Source of the DNA: an uncultured Rhodopirellula sp.
GTDB lineage: Bacteria; Planctomycetota; Planctomycetia; Pirellulales; Pirellulaceae
Length of the DNA: 46,665 bases
Reading direction: 5' to 3'
Assembly: GCA_964007735.1 (NCBI GenBank)
Contig: CAXGAI010000037.1
Location: 1-46,665, forward strand
Shown here: positions 29,801-38,405 of the stretch, piece after piece
Position numbering within the stretch: position 1 is the stretch's first letter
Layout of the letters: every line of letters begins with the position of its first letter
Notes under the pieces: generated by a model
The model's input: only the letters and a program-made list of their open reading frames with translations
Database searches by the model: none
Told to the model about the DNA's origin: nothing
Made by a program: the position numbers and the translations under genes

Positions 29801-30633
29801 TATGCCAATTGCTCAGCATATTGCTCGCGATTCTCATCTGACATATTCTGGCCGCGTGGAAGCAGAACCCCATTGACTCCGGCCAATTCTTCAATCGCAT
29901 CAGGACCGGAACGCACGGAGGTAAAGTACCGCGAAGTTAATTTACGTGGATCATCGAAAAAATCGTTTGATTCACCTGTTTCACGGAAATCCTCACCAAA
30001 TTGATCAATCGACTCAGCCTCGACCGAAATATCTTTGAGAACTCCTCGACGAAAGGCCCGCTTCAGATTGGCAATCACATCATCGGTCTCTTTCGAAACC
30101 CAGAGCTGTCCATCTTCTGTAATGAAGTACGACTTATTGTCTTTTCCCTTCAACCACTTTTCACCACGGCCTGCAAAATCAAAGTTGTAATCGTCCAAAG
30201 CGTAAAGCCCGAGTTCATCTGCCCTTTCGCGAGCACGGAGTAACTCTTCCGCATACCGACGTTCGTCTTGAATTTTGACTAACTCTTCGCCTTCAAGATG
30301 AGGAGGTATTTCCGGGAGCACCAAAATCTCATTTCTGAGTTTCTCAATCAGCAACTGATAACTCTCGTCGCTCTCGTTACATCCTTCCCAGGTAACCACA
30401 ATGAATTGTTCACCCATGAAGTGCTTACCGAACCAATTGAGTTCCTGAGTCTCAGGGTAATCTGATGGCAACCAGTTCTTCACATCATTCTGCATGTTCT
30501 CCATCGCTGTACGGGAACCCCGCAATGCAAAGGGAACGAGAAAGCAAACCACCATTAAAACCAACAGCGCATTAGTCACTCCAAGAAACGGAGCTTTACG
30601 ATTGAGCAATGGTAATTGTTGTTTGTCGGACAA
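26845..30633 (-). CDS. MMPL/RND-family transporter with large extracytoplasmic insertions
   Basis: Two repeats, each of one TM helix, a soluble domain and five TM helices; GGPPVD, TGVVPIVY and MGVAVDDTIHF. Start is probably TTG 30633 (AGGA upstream); the ORF track gives 30666. Confidence 0.88.
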   Translation of the reverse strand: MSDKQQLPLLNRKAPFLGVTNALLVLMVVCFLVPFALRGSRTAMENMQNDVKNWLPSDYPETQELNWFGKHFMGEQFIVVTWEGCNESDESYQLLIEKLRNEILVLPEIPPHLEGEELVKIQDERRYAEELLRARERADELGLYALDDYNFDFAGRGEKWLKGKDNKSYFITEDGQLWVSKETDDVIANLKRAFRRGVLKDISVEAESIDQFGEDFRETGESNDFFDDPRKLTSRYFTSVRSGPDAIEELAGVNGVLLPRGQNMSDENREQYAEQLAYSRLTGTLFAPVTLPGFDWTPPAFVEVLSAEKLAEFPPGWEAKLDAFVTRIVEEQFAGEREALNQVTASQRASLWYAFFEELEVEAPPRQTCIVVTLSDIGEANLKKVVGRGIGQEPRGKLVALAEESGVIAPPKPSMAPWATEAKLEGKVIRMGGPPVDNASIDEEGQITLGRLVGLSVILGVALSYLSFRSFSVTLMVFFVGGVGAIMSMAIVGYAGGIVDSVLLSMPSLVYVLGISGAVHIVNYYRDAVFEEGELRASENALAHGAWPCTIASFTTALGLFSLYISNLTPIKNFGLYSGLGVLATLILLFTYLPAALKLWVPKFNKPKAKKKKVNEESLLTRFWMAVGGKVMDNYKLVICLGFCVLGLSVWGLTKVNMSVQLLKLFDGQAKIIRDYEWMEQNFGKLTPMEMVVKVGPETALPVRQERIDNPPTTVAERNHQKYQLTMLERVELVESIQLAVEEVFGDQGQDVIGQGMSAVTFAPELPPASSRTTRSTTNSVLEQRAQQLMDEDYLAYEMLSGEVKNELWRISLRLGALNDVDYGEFVTNLKTVVEPIQMAYQFRNYLLHRFEVDRGQGPDVYNPENVFFDKNRVLIIGADPTRPILRTGGVSEGGKVGSSANVSTSASVDTVGLFSKTLNSLLLVKGFYNHPRHPNQLWWLDPEKDQVAQMLAGLSEEQWKSRLAAYDYVIAVGDDPVFDKKLIAENSANFIDITGFHKAGLDGIGDVLASSENTEVGFDIVYTGVVPIVYKAQNELLNSLIQSIGLAFVMIAIVMMVMMRNGRLSPTNFANIRGGMVSMIPNVFPVILVFGLMGHIGAALDIGSMMTASVAMGVAVDDTIHFLTWFRKGLNKGLARRGALMLAYQRCGAAMTQTTLIGGLGLSVFALSSFTPTQRFGVLMLTLLAAALLGDLLFLPAILSSPLGKYFSSKESRSKNTLELTAAVELVGDERIAIGGPHDHLANESNLERIIRHDKGHKYEE

Positions 30634-31049
30634 CTCTAAATCCTGACCTGCGCACCTGATAATCAAAGGGTTACGCGCATAGTTCGCCTGTGTTTAAGTA
30701 TAAAAGAGTACCGCTGTGTACTCGTCGCGTCTACGTCAATGTAGTTTACGACGATACCAAATATCCTTGAATCCAAAGGACCACTCCCCCCTGCTTACCT
30801 AAACCACCAAAAATACGTTAAAAAGTTGCACGGAATATATCAATTGAGCCTGTTAGGGGTTTATTCCCAGTGTTTCTTCAACGTGGTACCATCATAGGAT
30901 TGACGTAGAAAACGTCCTCCCCAAACGTCCTGCATCTGTGTAAAACCATTAATCGTCCGAAACAACTCTAGATAAATAGATTACAGAGATGTGCGAAGCG
31001 GGATATCAACCAACAACATTCATACCCGAGACTTTTCCGGATACACTCA

Positions 31050-33158
31050 ATGGCACTTTCATCTAATGATTTCTGTCCGTGCGGCAGTGGTGACAAAATT
31101 CGATTCTGCTGTGGTAAGCATATCGTCAAAGAACTCGATAAGCTCTCGTCGGCGATTGAAGGTGAGCAGTACATTGCCACACTCAAACAAGTCGATGGCT
31201 TGATTGAAGAGAAAGGAAACCTCGCTTGTCTGCTGGCAATAAAAGGAATCGCTTTGATGGCGACCGGTCAGATCGATGCGGCTCAGGAAAATGCTCTTGA
31301 GTTTCTCGACGTCGAACCAGAAAATTCCACTGCCTGGGCTCAGCGTGCGATCACCAGTGCCGATGAACCCCACAAAGTCATGGAATATGTTCAAAAATGT
31401 CTTGAACATTCATCTACCGAACAAATCCCTCAACTGATCATGCCGGCTATCCAGGGAGTGATCGATGCCCTGTTCGCTTCAGGCAATCTGTTCGCTGCAT
31501 TTTCTCATCTAACCTTGGCATCGGCGATTTCCCGCGGCAATCAACAGGCCGTCATGCGAATGTTCGAATTCGTGCAAAATCCTGACTACCCGCTACTGCT
31601 CAAACAACGTTTGCCATTACCTTCAATAGCTGACGACGCATCTTATGGGGATGCCTATGAAGAAATCACGGAGTTGTCTCGCCGAGGCGCATGGTTTTTA
31701 GCTCTGGATAAAACCGAAGATCTCCTGGAGGAAAACAAAGACGATCAAATTTTAATGAAAGCTGTGGCTGTTCTAAACACTTATCTTGGGCAGGATGAAG
31801 GTGCTGATGCCTGGCGAGATTACCTCGCCACCATTGATAGTTCATCGGATGAGGCTGTCGAAGCGGAAGCCTATGCTCAAATGCTGGAAAACCAGTCTAA
31901 CCCTGACGTACAACCCATCAACCGAGTCCTATACTACGTGGCAGACTTAGACGAAGTACAAGAACGACTTGTCGCCAGTGATCAGGCTCGTCTTGTCCCT
32001 TCGCCGGGATTCTCCAATGAGGATCCTGACAATCCTCCTCCCCGCGCGATCTTTGTCCTTACCGATCGACCTCAACCCCAAAGTGGTGCTGAACTGACTT
32101 TGGAGCAGGTTCCCAAAGGGATTGCTTCCATCTATCTATTTGGTAAGCAAACCGACCGTGAAGCTCGAATTGAAGTTGTCCCAAGCTCCATCGGTGGTGA
32201 ACAAACGGCCAGTGATATTCTGACGGATATTGCCGACGGAAAGCTTGGAAAATCGGACTCAACTGAAGAGATCTCTCAAGTGCCTGTACTCACCGATAGT
32301 ATGGCATGGAATCCTGTTTTTCCTGAAGACACGCCGCAGGATAAGATTCAGGAGCTTTCGCTGGAGCATCGAACCGCCAGCCTCACCAATATATTTCCTA
32401 AGATTAAGCTCGCTGCATTAGGAGGAATGACTCCTGAAGAGGCATCCGTTGACTTCGACGGCAGAATCAAGCTCGAGGCTTGTCTGTTGATCATTGAATC
32501 CAACCTTCAATGTCGTGATCACAATGCGACTCTGGATGACGTTCGTGAATCTCTAAACCTGAATCGTTTCGAAGCTGTCGATCCATCCGACGTTGATCTC
32601 AATCAGGTTCCTGATATCCGACTGGCGCGTTACGACGTTTCTAAACTCAACACACAACAGCTGGGCGATGTCTACCAACGCTGTTACTTTGTTGGATTCC
32701 GCAGAGGATTTATCCATGCGGCTGAAGAAATTGTCAAACGTGATGAAAAGCCTGAACACGTCAACCTGTCTGACGTATACGCTGCTTTATTGGATAGTCG
32801 GGATTCACTCGAAGGCCGCCTCGAACTGGTTGAACTGGCAAAAGCAGAAATCACAGTTCAAGGGGAATCTCCGGCCGCCTGGCTGCTGCGGGAAATCCCC
32901 TTGCGACTGATGAATCAGGAAGCTCAGACTGCATCTGACCTGATTCGCAAATTGGAAAACGACCATATCAATGAACCCGGTATCGCTGAGCAATTATATG
33001 GGCTGCTAGTGCAAATGGGAGTCATGAATCCGGATGGTACTCGAGCCGTCCCTTCCGGGGGCGCTAGCGATCCATCCGAAGGCGGTATCTGGACACCGGG
33101 TTCCGACTCGAACAGTAATCCAGAATCCGAAGGATCCGGTTTGTGGATTCCTGATTAG
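31050..33158 (+). CDS. N-terminal SEC-C (Zn-binding) motif, TPR-like helical protein of unknown function
   Basis: DFCPCGSGDKIRFCC at the N-terminus, TPR-like ALEFLDVEPENSTAWAQRA, acidic composition. Confidence 0.8.
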   Translation: MALSSNDFCPCGSGDKIRFCCGKHIVKELDKLSSAIEGEQYIATLKQVDGLIEEKGNLACLLAIKGIALMATGQIDAAQENALEFLDVEPENSTAWAQRAITSADEPHKVMEYVQKCLEHSSTEQIPQLIMPAIQGVIDALFASGNLFAAFSHLTLASAISRGNQQAVMRMFEFVQNPDYPLLLKQRLPLPSIADDASYGDAYEEITELSRRGAWFLALDKTEDLLEENKDDQILMKAVAVLNTYLGQDEGADAWRDYLATIDSSSDEAVEAEAYAQMLENQSNPDVQPINRVLYYVADLDEVQERLVASDQARLVPSPGFSNEDPDNPPPRAIFVLTDRPQPQSGAELTLEQVPKGIASIYLFGKQTDREARIEVVPSSIGGEQTASDILTDIADGKLGKSDSTEEISQVPVLTDSMAWNPVFPEDTPQDKIQELSLEHRTASLTNIFPKIKLAALGGMTPEEASVDFDGRIKLEACLLIIESNLQCRDHNATLDDVRESLNLNRFEAVDPSDVDLNQVPDIRLARYDVSKLNTQQLGDVYQRCYFVGFRRGFIHAAEEIVKRDEKPEHVNLSDVYAALLDSRDSLEGRLELVELAKAEITVQGESPAAWLLREIPLRLMNQEAQTASDLIRKLENDHINEPGIAEQLYGLLVQMGVMNPDGTRAVPSGGASDPSEGGIWTPGSDSNSNPESEGSGLWIPD

Positions 33159-33182
33159 TTCTCGAACGAGGGTAGATATTTA

Positions 33183-34298
33183 ATGACCAGCGATAGTGAT
33201 CGACGATGGATGCAGTATGCCTTGAAGCTTGCACGTCGGGGACAGGGCGCGGTGGAACCGAACCCGATGGTTGGTTGTGCAATTGTTGTCAATGACGAAC
33301 TCATTGGGGAAGGCTGGCACGAGCGCTTTGGTGGACCCCATGCTGAGGTTAACGCATTGGCCACGTGTCAAAAAAAGGATTTAACCAACGCAACCCTTTA
33401 CGTCACACTTGAACCTTGTGCACACCACGGTAAAACGCCTCCCTGCAGCCAGACCCTTATAAAATCGGGAATCAAACGGGTCGTTATCGCAATGCAAGAT
33501 CCATTCCCTCAAGTCGACGGACGGGGAATCGAGCAGCTCCGAGAGGCTGGCATCGAAGTCCTTACCGGTGTGGCTGAGCAGCAAGCCCAATTATTAAATG
33601 CTCCGTTTGTCATGCAACAACTTCATCATCGACCCTGGGTGATCGGAAAGTGGGCCATGACACTCGATGGAAAAATTGCCACTCATACGGGATCCAGCCA
33701 ATGGATTTCCAATGAAATATCACGAGCAATTGTCCATCAAATTCGGGGACGAGTAGATGCTATCGTGGTTGGGCATCAAACGGCTTTAGCTGATAATCCC
33801 TCATTAAACGCCCGGCCCGCAGGGCCCCGAACGGCAACCAGAATCGTGGTCGCCCGAACTCCCAATTTGCCACTCGACTCTCACCTTGTAAGCACCGCCA
33901 AACAACAGCCTGTCATCGTCACGGCTGGCCCCGAGGCCGATCCAACGCACTTGGAAAACTTGCGCCAACACGGTGTCGAGATACTTACCTTTAATAATGA
34001 GAATGAAATTGTAAGAGAGCTACTCCGGGATTTAGCTGACCGTGACTTTACGAACGTCCTTATTGAGGGTGGGGCCGAACTGTTGGGCGCTTGTCTGGAT
34101 CAAAACCTTATCGATGAAGTTCACGTGTTTGTTGCTCCCAAATTGGTCGGTGCTCAAACAGCCCCCTCCCCGATTGGCGGAACAGGTATTGAACGTATGC
34201 AGGATGCTCTTCAATTAAAAGATCAGACCACACAGATCCTCGATGACGATATCTATATCTCAGGAATTGTCAGCCATAACAAATCACCCAACGTATAA
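33183..34298 (+). CDS. ribD: Bifunctional riboflavin biosynthesis deaminase/reductase
   Basis: PNPMVG, HAE, TLEPCAHHGKTPPC, AMTLDGKIA...SQWIS and IEGG. Confidence 0.97.
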   Translation: MTSDSDRRWMQYALKLARRGQGAVEPNPMVGCAIVVNDELIGEGWHERFGGPHAEVNALATCQKKDLTNATLYVTLEPCAHHGKTPPCSQTLIKSGIKRVVIAMQDPFPQVDGRGIEQLREAGIEVLTGVAEQQAQLLNAPFVMQQLHHRPWVIGKWAMTLDGKIATHTGSSQWISNEISRAIVHQIRGRVDAIVVGHQTALADNPSLNARPAGPRTATRIVVARTPNLPLDSHLVSTAKQQPVIVTAGPEADPTHLENLRQHGVEILTFNNENEIVRELLRDLADRDFTNVLIEGGAELLGACLDQNLIDEVHVFVAPKLVGAQTAPSPIGGTGIERMQDALQLKDQTTQILDDDIYISGIVSHNKSPNV

Positions 34299-34305
34299 TA
34301 AACTT

Positions 34306-35613
34306 ATGATTCGCCTGCTACTGCCATCGTTGCTTGCTCTGTTCACATTGCAACTATATGCTGCTGAATTGCATTCGCAGGAGCAACCTGAACGTAATGT
34401 AAAAACTCAGGCGGAACTTGTTGAGTTTGTCCGCCAAGCGGTTCCTTTTCTAAACAGCGGTCAACTACAGCAACGCCAGCAAGCTGAGCTGGCCTTAATC
34501 GCAGAAGGTCCAAGAGTGTTGGATTTATTACCAACCGACTTAGAGTCCTATTCTTCTGAAGTTCGAACGCGTTTAGGGCGTATTCGCCAAAAACTATATG
34601 AAGAGGTCGCTATCCAGACTTCCAATGGCTCTAAGTTTTCACTGAGCGGCATCTACCGTCTACCGGATGTGATCAAGGAATTAGAGACGCAGACTGGCAA
34701 TATTATTACCACAAATCATGATACGGGAGACTCGATAGAATTGAACCTTACCGACGTATCTTTCTATCAGGCACTCGATAATATCCTCGATCTAACCGAT
34801 CTCGATATAGAACCATACTTCGCATCACATCCAAATCAAATCCTAATCAAACGTCGGCTGGCTGGAATTCAAAAACGGGAAAACAATGCGCAATATGTCG
34901 GCCCATTCCGAATTGCCGCTGTTAAAGTTCGTTCCAGCCGAGACTTGCGTATTCCCAGCTCCACTCATTGTGCCATCACGCTGCAAATTAACTGGGAACC
35001 CCGGGTTCGCCCTCTTTACCTGACAATGAGCACCTCCTCACTCAAAGCCATCGATAACACCGGAGCTGAGCTCACTCCACTTATTGCTGGCGAGAAAACA
35101 CTCAATGTCGAAGGAACCGCCCCGTTGGTCGAGGTCGAACTTCCTTTTCCTTTACCGGGTAAGGAGGCCGAACAGCTAAGTATTTTGAAAGGCACCGTTT
35201 CAGCAATGGTCCCTGGGCGTAAAGAACATTTTGAATTTTCCAATTTGCAAGCACCAGATTCTTTTCCCAAACAGCAGCGCCGAGCGGGTGTCACTGTAAC
35301 CGTCGGCAGCGTAAAGCAAACACCAAAGGAAACCATCGTTGAGCTTGAAATCCATTACGAAGAAGCTGGCAATGCATTTGAATCTCATCGTGGTTGGACC
35401 AGTCGTAATCAAGTCTATTTAGCCTCGGATGATACAATCCTGACTGACAAGCCCCGTCGTGAAATCATCGCCCAAAACAAACAATCTGCAACTTACCGGT
35501 ATACCTTTGAATCGGCCGTCAAACTGGAAAGGCTTACATTCCATTACCATACGCCGGCACTACTCCTGAAACGACAAGTGGAGTTTGAGCTAAATGATAT
35601 CCCACTTCCCTAA
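34306..35613 (+). CDS. Exported hypothetical protein (HEAT-like N-terminus, STN/secretin-N0-like segment)
   Basis: Signal peptide MIRLLLPSLLALFTLQLYA from ATG 34306, just after the ribD stop; long uninterrupted ORF in operon context. Confidence 0.7.
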   Translation: MIRLLLPSLLALFTLQLYAAELHSQEQPERNVKTQAELVEFVRQAVPFLNSGQLQQRQQAELALIAEGPRVLDLLPTDLESYSSEVRTRLGRIRQKLYEEVAIQTSNGSKFSLSGIYRLPDVIKELETQTGNIITTNHDTGDSIELNLTDVSFYQALDNILDLTDLDIEPYFASHPNQILIKRRLAGIQKRENNAQYVGPFRIAAVKVRSSRDLRIPSSTHCAITLQINWEPRVRPLYLTMSTSSLKAIDNTGAELTPLIAGEKTLNVEGTAPLVEVELPFPLPGKEAEQLSILKGTVSAMVPGRKEHFEFSNLQAPDSFPKQQRRAGVTVTVGSVKQTPKETIVELEIHYEEAGNAFESHRGWTSRNQVYLASDDTILTDKPRREIIAQNKQSATYRYTFESAVKLERLTFHYHTPALLLKRQVEFELNDIPLP

Positions 35614-36550
35614 GCATCACTTTTTCTTTCTGACCTGGTTTGCAGGAGTGTCCTCAGTACTGCTCGCTACCGGTCGCTCTGGCATCGCACAGGACACCGC
35701 TGATGTCGTCATCGCCACTGTCAATGACGAACACATCTATCAAGGTCCTCTGCTGGCTGAATTAAAATCGCTCTTAGATGATACTCCCACTGACTCGGAC
35801 GCTTACCAACGATTACGGAACCAAGTTCTCAATAGTGCGATTCAGCGTCGATTGGCATTGGCTTATTTGGAAAGGATCAATCAACGGGCAAGTGATGATG
35901 ACATAAAATTGAGTATCATCCGTCTGGAAAAACGACTTGCTCTTAAGAAGCAAACGCTAAACGATTACCTGAATGAAAAGCAAATCAACCGGGAGGAACT
36001 GGAGCATCAAATCGCCTGGCAAATCTCTTGGCCCAAGTACTCTCAGCAGTTTCTCACTGACAGGAATTACGAGAACTTCTTTAACCAACGAAAAATGCAA
36101 TTCGATGGTACTCAGTTGCTCGTCTCACAAATCCTGTTACACGTCGACCAGCAGCAAGTACGGACGGAAAAGCAAACCCTGGAGCTGGCCAAGGATTTGC
36201 TGACCAGGATTCGTCAGGAGGAAGTGACATTCGCCGATGCAGCCAGGGAATTTTCAGACAGTCCGACCGGTAAAAAGGGTGGAATGGTCGGGCTGATTGA
36301 ATTTGACGGCGCGATGCCACGGGAGTTTAATACAGCGGCTTTCAAACTAAAATCGGGGGAGATTAGTGAACCCGTAAGGACAGCCTTTGGCTATCACTTA
36401 ATAAAGCTCAACGATATCACACCGGGAACCATTACCTGGCAGATGGCTCGCCCAAGTTTAAGAAAAGCGTTAATCAAACACCTGCTCGAATTTCTAACTG
36501 AAGCGGGGAGGAAGATTTCAACCGTGGAACTCTCCGGGGACTGGAAATGA
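35594..36550 (+). CDS. Exported parvulin (PpiC-type) peptidyl-prolyl isomerase, SurA/PrsA-like
   Basis: VIATVN, SQIL, FADAAREFSDSPTGKKGGMVG and GEISEPVRTAFGYHLI. Confidence 0.9.
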   Translation: MISHFPKHHFFFLTWFAGVSSVLLATGRSGIAQDTADVVIATVNDEHIYQGPLLAELKSLLDDTPTDSDAYQRLRNQVLNSAIQRRLALAYLERINQRASDDDIKLSIIRLEKRLALKKQTLNDYLNEKQINREELEHQIAWQISWPKYSQQFLTDRNYENFFNQRKMQFDGTQLLVSQILLHVDQQQVRTEKQTLELAKDLLTRIRQEEVTFADAAREFSDSPTGKKGGMVGLIEFDGAMPREFNTAAFKLKSGEISEPVRTAFGYHLIKLNDITPGTITWQMARPSLRKALIKHLLEFLTEAGRKISTVELSGDWK

Positions 36551-37665
36551 CGAATAAGTCTGCAGAGTCTTTTGAGTTTCCAACGACCGTCTGGCGACAA
36601 AAATTGCGAACACGTATTCTTCACTGGTATCAACGCCACTCAAGGGATTTACCGTGGCGTCATGACTTACACCCGTATCGAAGTTGGGTTAGTGAAATCA
36701 TGCTCCAGCAAACACAAGTCACCACCGTGATTGCATACTTTCAACGGTTCATGAATCGTTTTCCCGACGTTGTTACCCTTGCTGATGCCGAACAACAGGA
36801 GGTTTTACGTTATTGGGAGGGACTGGGATACTATCGTCGAGCTCGCCAAATGCACGCAGCAGCACAAGTTATCAGAGACCAGCACGATGGAAACTTCCCG
36901 ACAGACTTTGAATCCGTACTGGCACTTCCCGGTGTCGGAAGATATACGGCCGGAGCTATTCTTTCCATTTCACTGAATCAACGATTACCGATCGTCGAAG
37001 CCAATACCAATCGCCTGTTTGCAAGATTGCTTCTCCATGGTGGCGACATCATGTCCAGCAACACCCAAAAACGATTTTGGGAATTCGCCGAGTGGATTCT
37101 ACCGCGCAAGAATATCTCTGACTTTAATCAGGCTTTAATGGAAGTCGGAGCACTAGTGTGTACACCACAAAATCCTAACTGCAAAGCCTGTCCTCTAAAA
37201 TCGATCTGTCCCACCAAAGCGGAGCAGTGTTGGGAGCGAATCCCCAAACCTAAAAAGAAAACAAAATATGAAGAATTATTCGAAGTTTCGGTCGTCTTAC
37301 GTGACCCCAAATCAGAGACCATCCTGATTCGCCAATGTGCCGCAGGTGAGCGATGGGAGGGCTTGTGGGACTTCCCTCGATTTGAGTGTGCTGTTAAAAA
37401 CCCCACCAAACCAACGACCGACGAGATTTCAAAGATCAAAGACGAAATTAAAAAACTGACAAACCACCACGCCATCCAACCTGCTTGGTTAACTCAGCTC
37501 AAACACGGAGTCACGAAATACCGAATTACGCTAAACTGTTTTGAAGCTCATGTTTCACAGCGAGCCCAGGCCAAATCATTAAATCTACAATGGGTGCATG
37601 CGGATGATTTGGATAGTATTCCCTTAAGTGTTACTGGTCGCAAACTGGCGAAAGCCATCTCTTAA
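36547..37665 (+). CDS. mutY: A/G-specific adenine glycosylase
   Basis: RDLPWR, WVSEIMLQQTQV, WEGLGYYRRAR, HhH LPGVGRYTAGAI, [4Fe-4S] motif CTPQNPNCKACPLKSIC and a C-terminal Nudix-like domain. ATGA overlap with the upstream gene. Confidence 0.95.
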   Translation: MTNKSAESFEFPTTVWRQKLRTRILHWYQRHSRDLPWRHDLHPYRSWVSEIMLQQTQVTTVIAYFQRFMNRFPDVVTLADAEQQEVLRYWEGLGYYRRARQMHAAAQVIRDQHDGNFPTDFESVLALPGVGRYTAGAILSISLNQRLPIVEANTNRLFARLLLHGGDIMSSNTQKRFWEFAEWILPRKNISDFNQALMEVGALVCTPQNPNCKACPLKSICPTKAEQCWERIPKPKKKTKYEELFEVSVVLRDPKSETILIRQCAAGERWEGLWDFPRFECAVKNPTKPTTDEISKIKDEIKKLTNHHAIQPAWLTQLKHGVTKYRITLNCFEAHVSQRAQAKSLNLQWVHADDLDSIPLSVTGRKLAKAIS

Positions 37666-37754
37666 AACAGCAGGTAACATTGATTGTGGGATTCGATTCC
37701 TTCTATAATTCTGAGCAACAAGTTACTCAATCTTCTGGTGAATGGAATCGTAAG

Positions 37755-38315
37755 ATGAAAACCGCCATTGCAATACTAATTGGCTCACTTTCGCTCGGAC
37801 TCTTTGCCTATGCGCCGGGTGAACAAGACGGAGAAGAACCACTTCCGGCGAAAGCGTCAACTCAAAGTCGAACCGCCAAGCTTCCTACTCAGCCGACGCC
37901 TCTTCAGGTTCAGGAGCTATTGAAGCTGAGAGAAAAAGTCGGAAGTCCTCTGAAAGGAAATTTACTGGAAGAAGACCCGGCAGCCACTCAAAACGATTTC
38001 GAGGAGGCGCTTGAAAAGGTCAGCCGGGAAGGCGATAAAACCGATGCGCATTTGGCTCCCGCTATGTTTCATGCTCCAGAATTACCATTTAGCATTCCAG
38101 CTACTGATAATTCTCCATCAACGGCGGATCAAAAGCTACCATATCTGTTGCGTTACACATCCATGGCCCTTGAAAACCACGCAGGATTCCGGGAACTTCA
38201 AAAAGACTTTGAAAACGCCTTAAAACTGCGCAAACAGGCTAAAAAACTGCGGAAAATGGCTTTTGAAGTCGAATCTTTAAATGCCGAGTCTAAAACTATT
38301 TCTGTTGAGCAATAG
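37755..38315 (+). CDS. Small exported hypothetical protein
   Basis: Signal-like MKTAIAILIGSLSLGLFAYA from ATG 37755; helical C-terminus. Confidence 0.65.
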   Translation: MKTAIAILIGSLSLGLFAYAPGEQDGEEPLPAKASTQSRTAKLPTQPTPLQVQELLKLREKVGSPLKGNLLEEDPAATQNDFEEALEKVSREGDKTDAHLAPAMFHAPELPFSIPATDNSPSTADQKLPYLLRYTSMALENHAGFRELQKDFENALKLRKQAKKLRKMAFEVESLNAESKTISVEQ

Positions 38316-38366
38316 TGATAACCGTTAATAATTAGTAATAGTAGGCTGAAACGAGTAGAAAGTCCG

Positions 38367-38405
38367 AATGCTTAATTGACAATGGTTATAAGGGTTAAGC
38401 ATTAT
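38367..38405 (+). promoter_or_regulatory. Candidate sigma70 promoter embedded in an inverted repeat upstream of the pil operon
   Basis: AATGCTTAA (38367-38375) and TTAAGCATT (38395-38403) flank a perfect TTGACA (38376-38381). The -10 match is weak (CATTAT at 18-nt spacing). Confidence 0.35.

Noticed and set aside
33159..33182. FMN riboswitch upstream of ribD
   Set aside because: There are only 24 nt between the genes and no RFN consensus.
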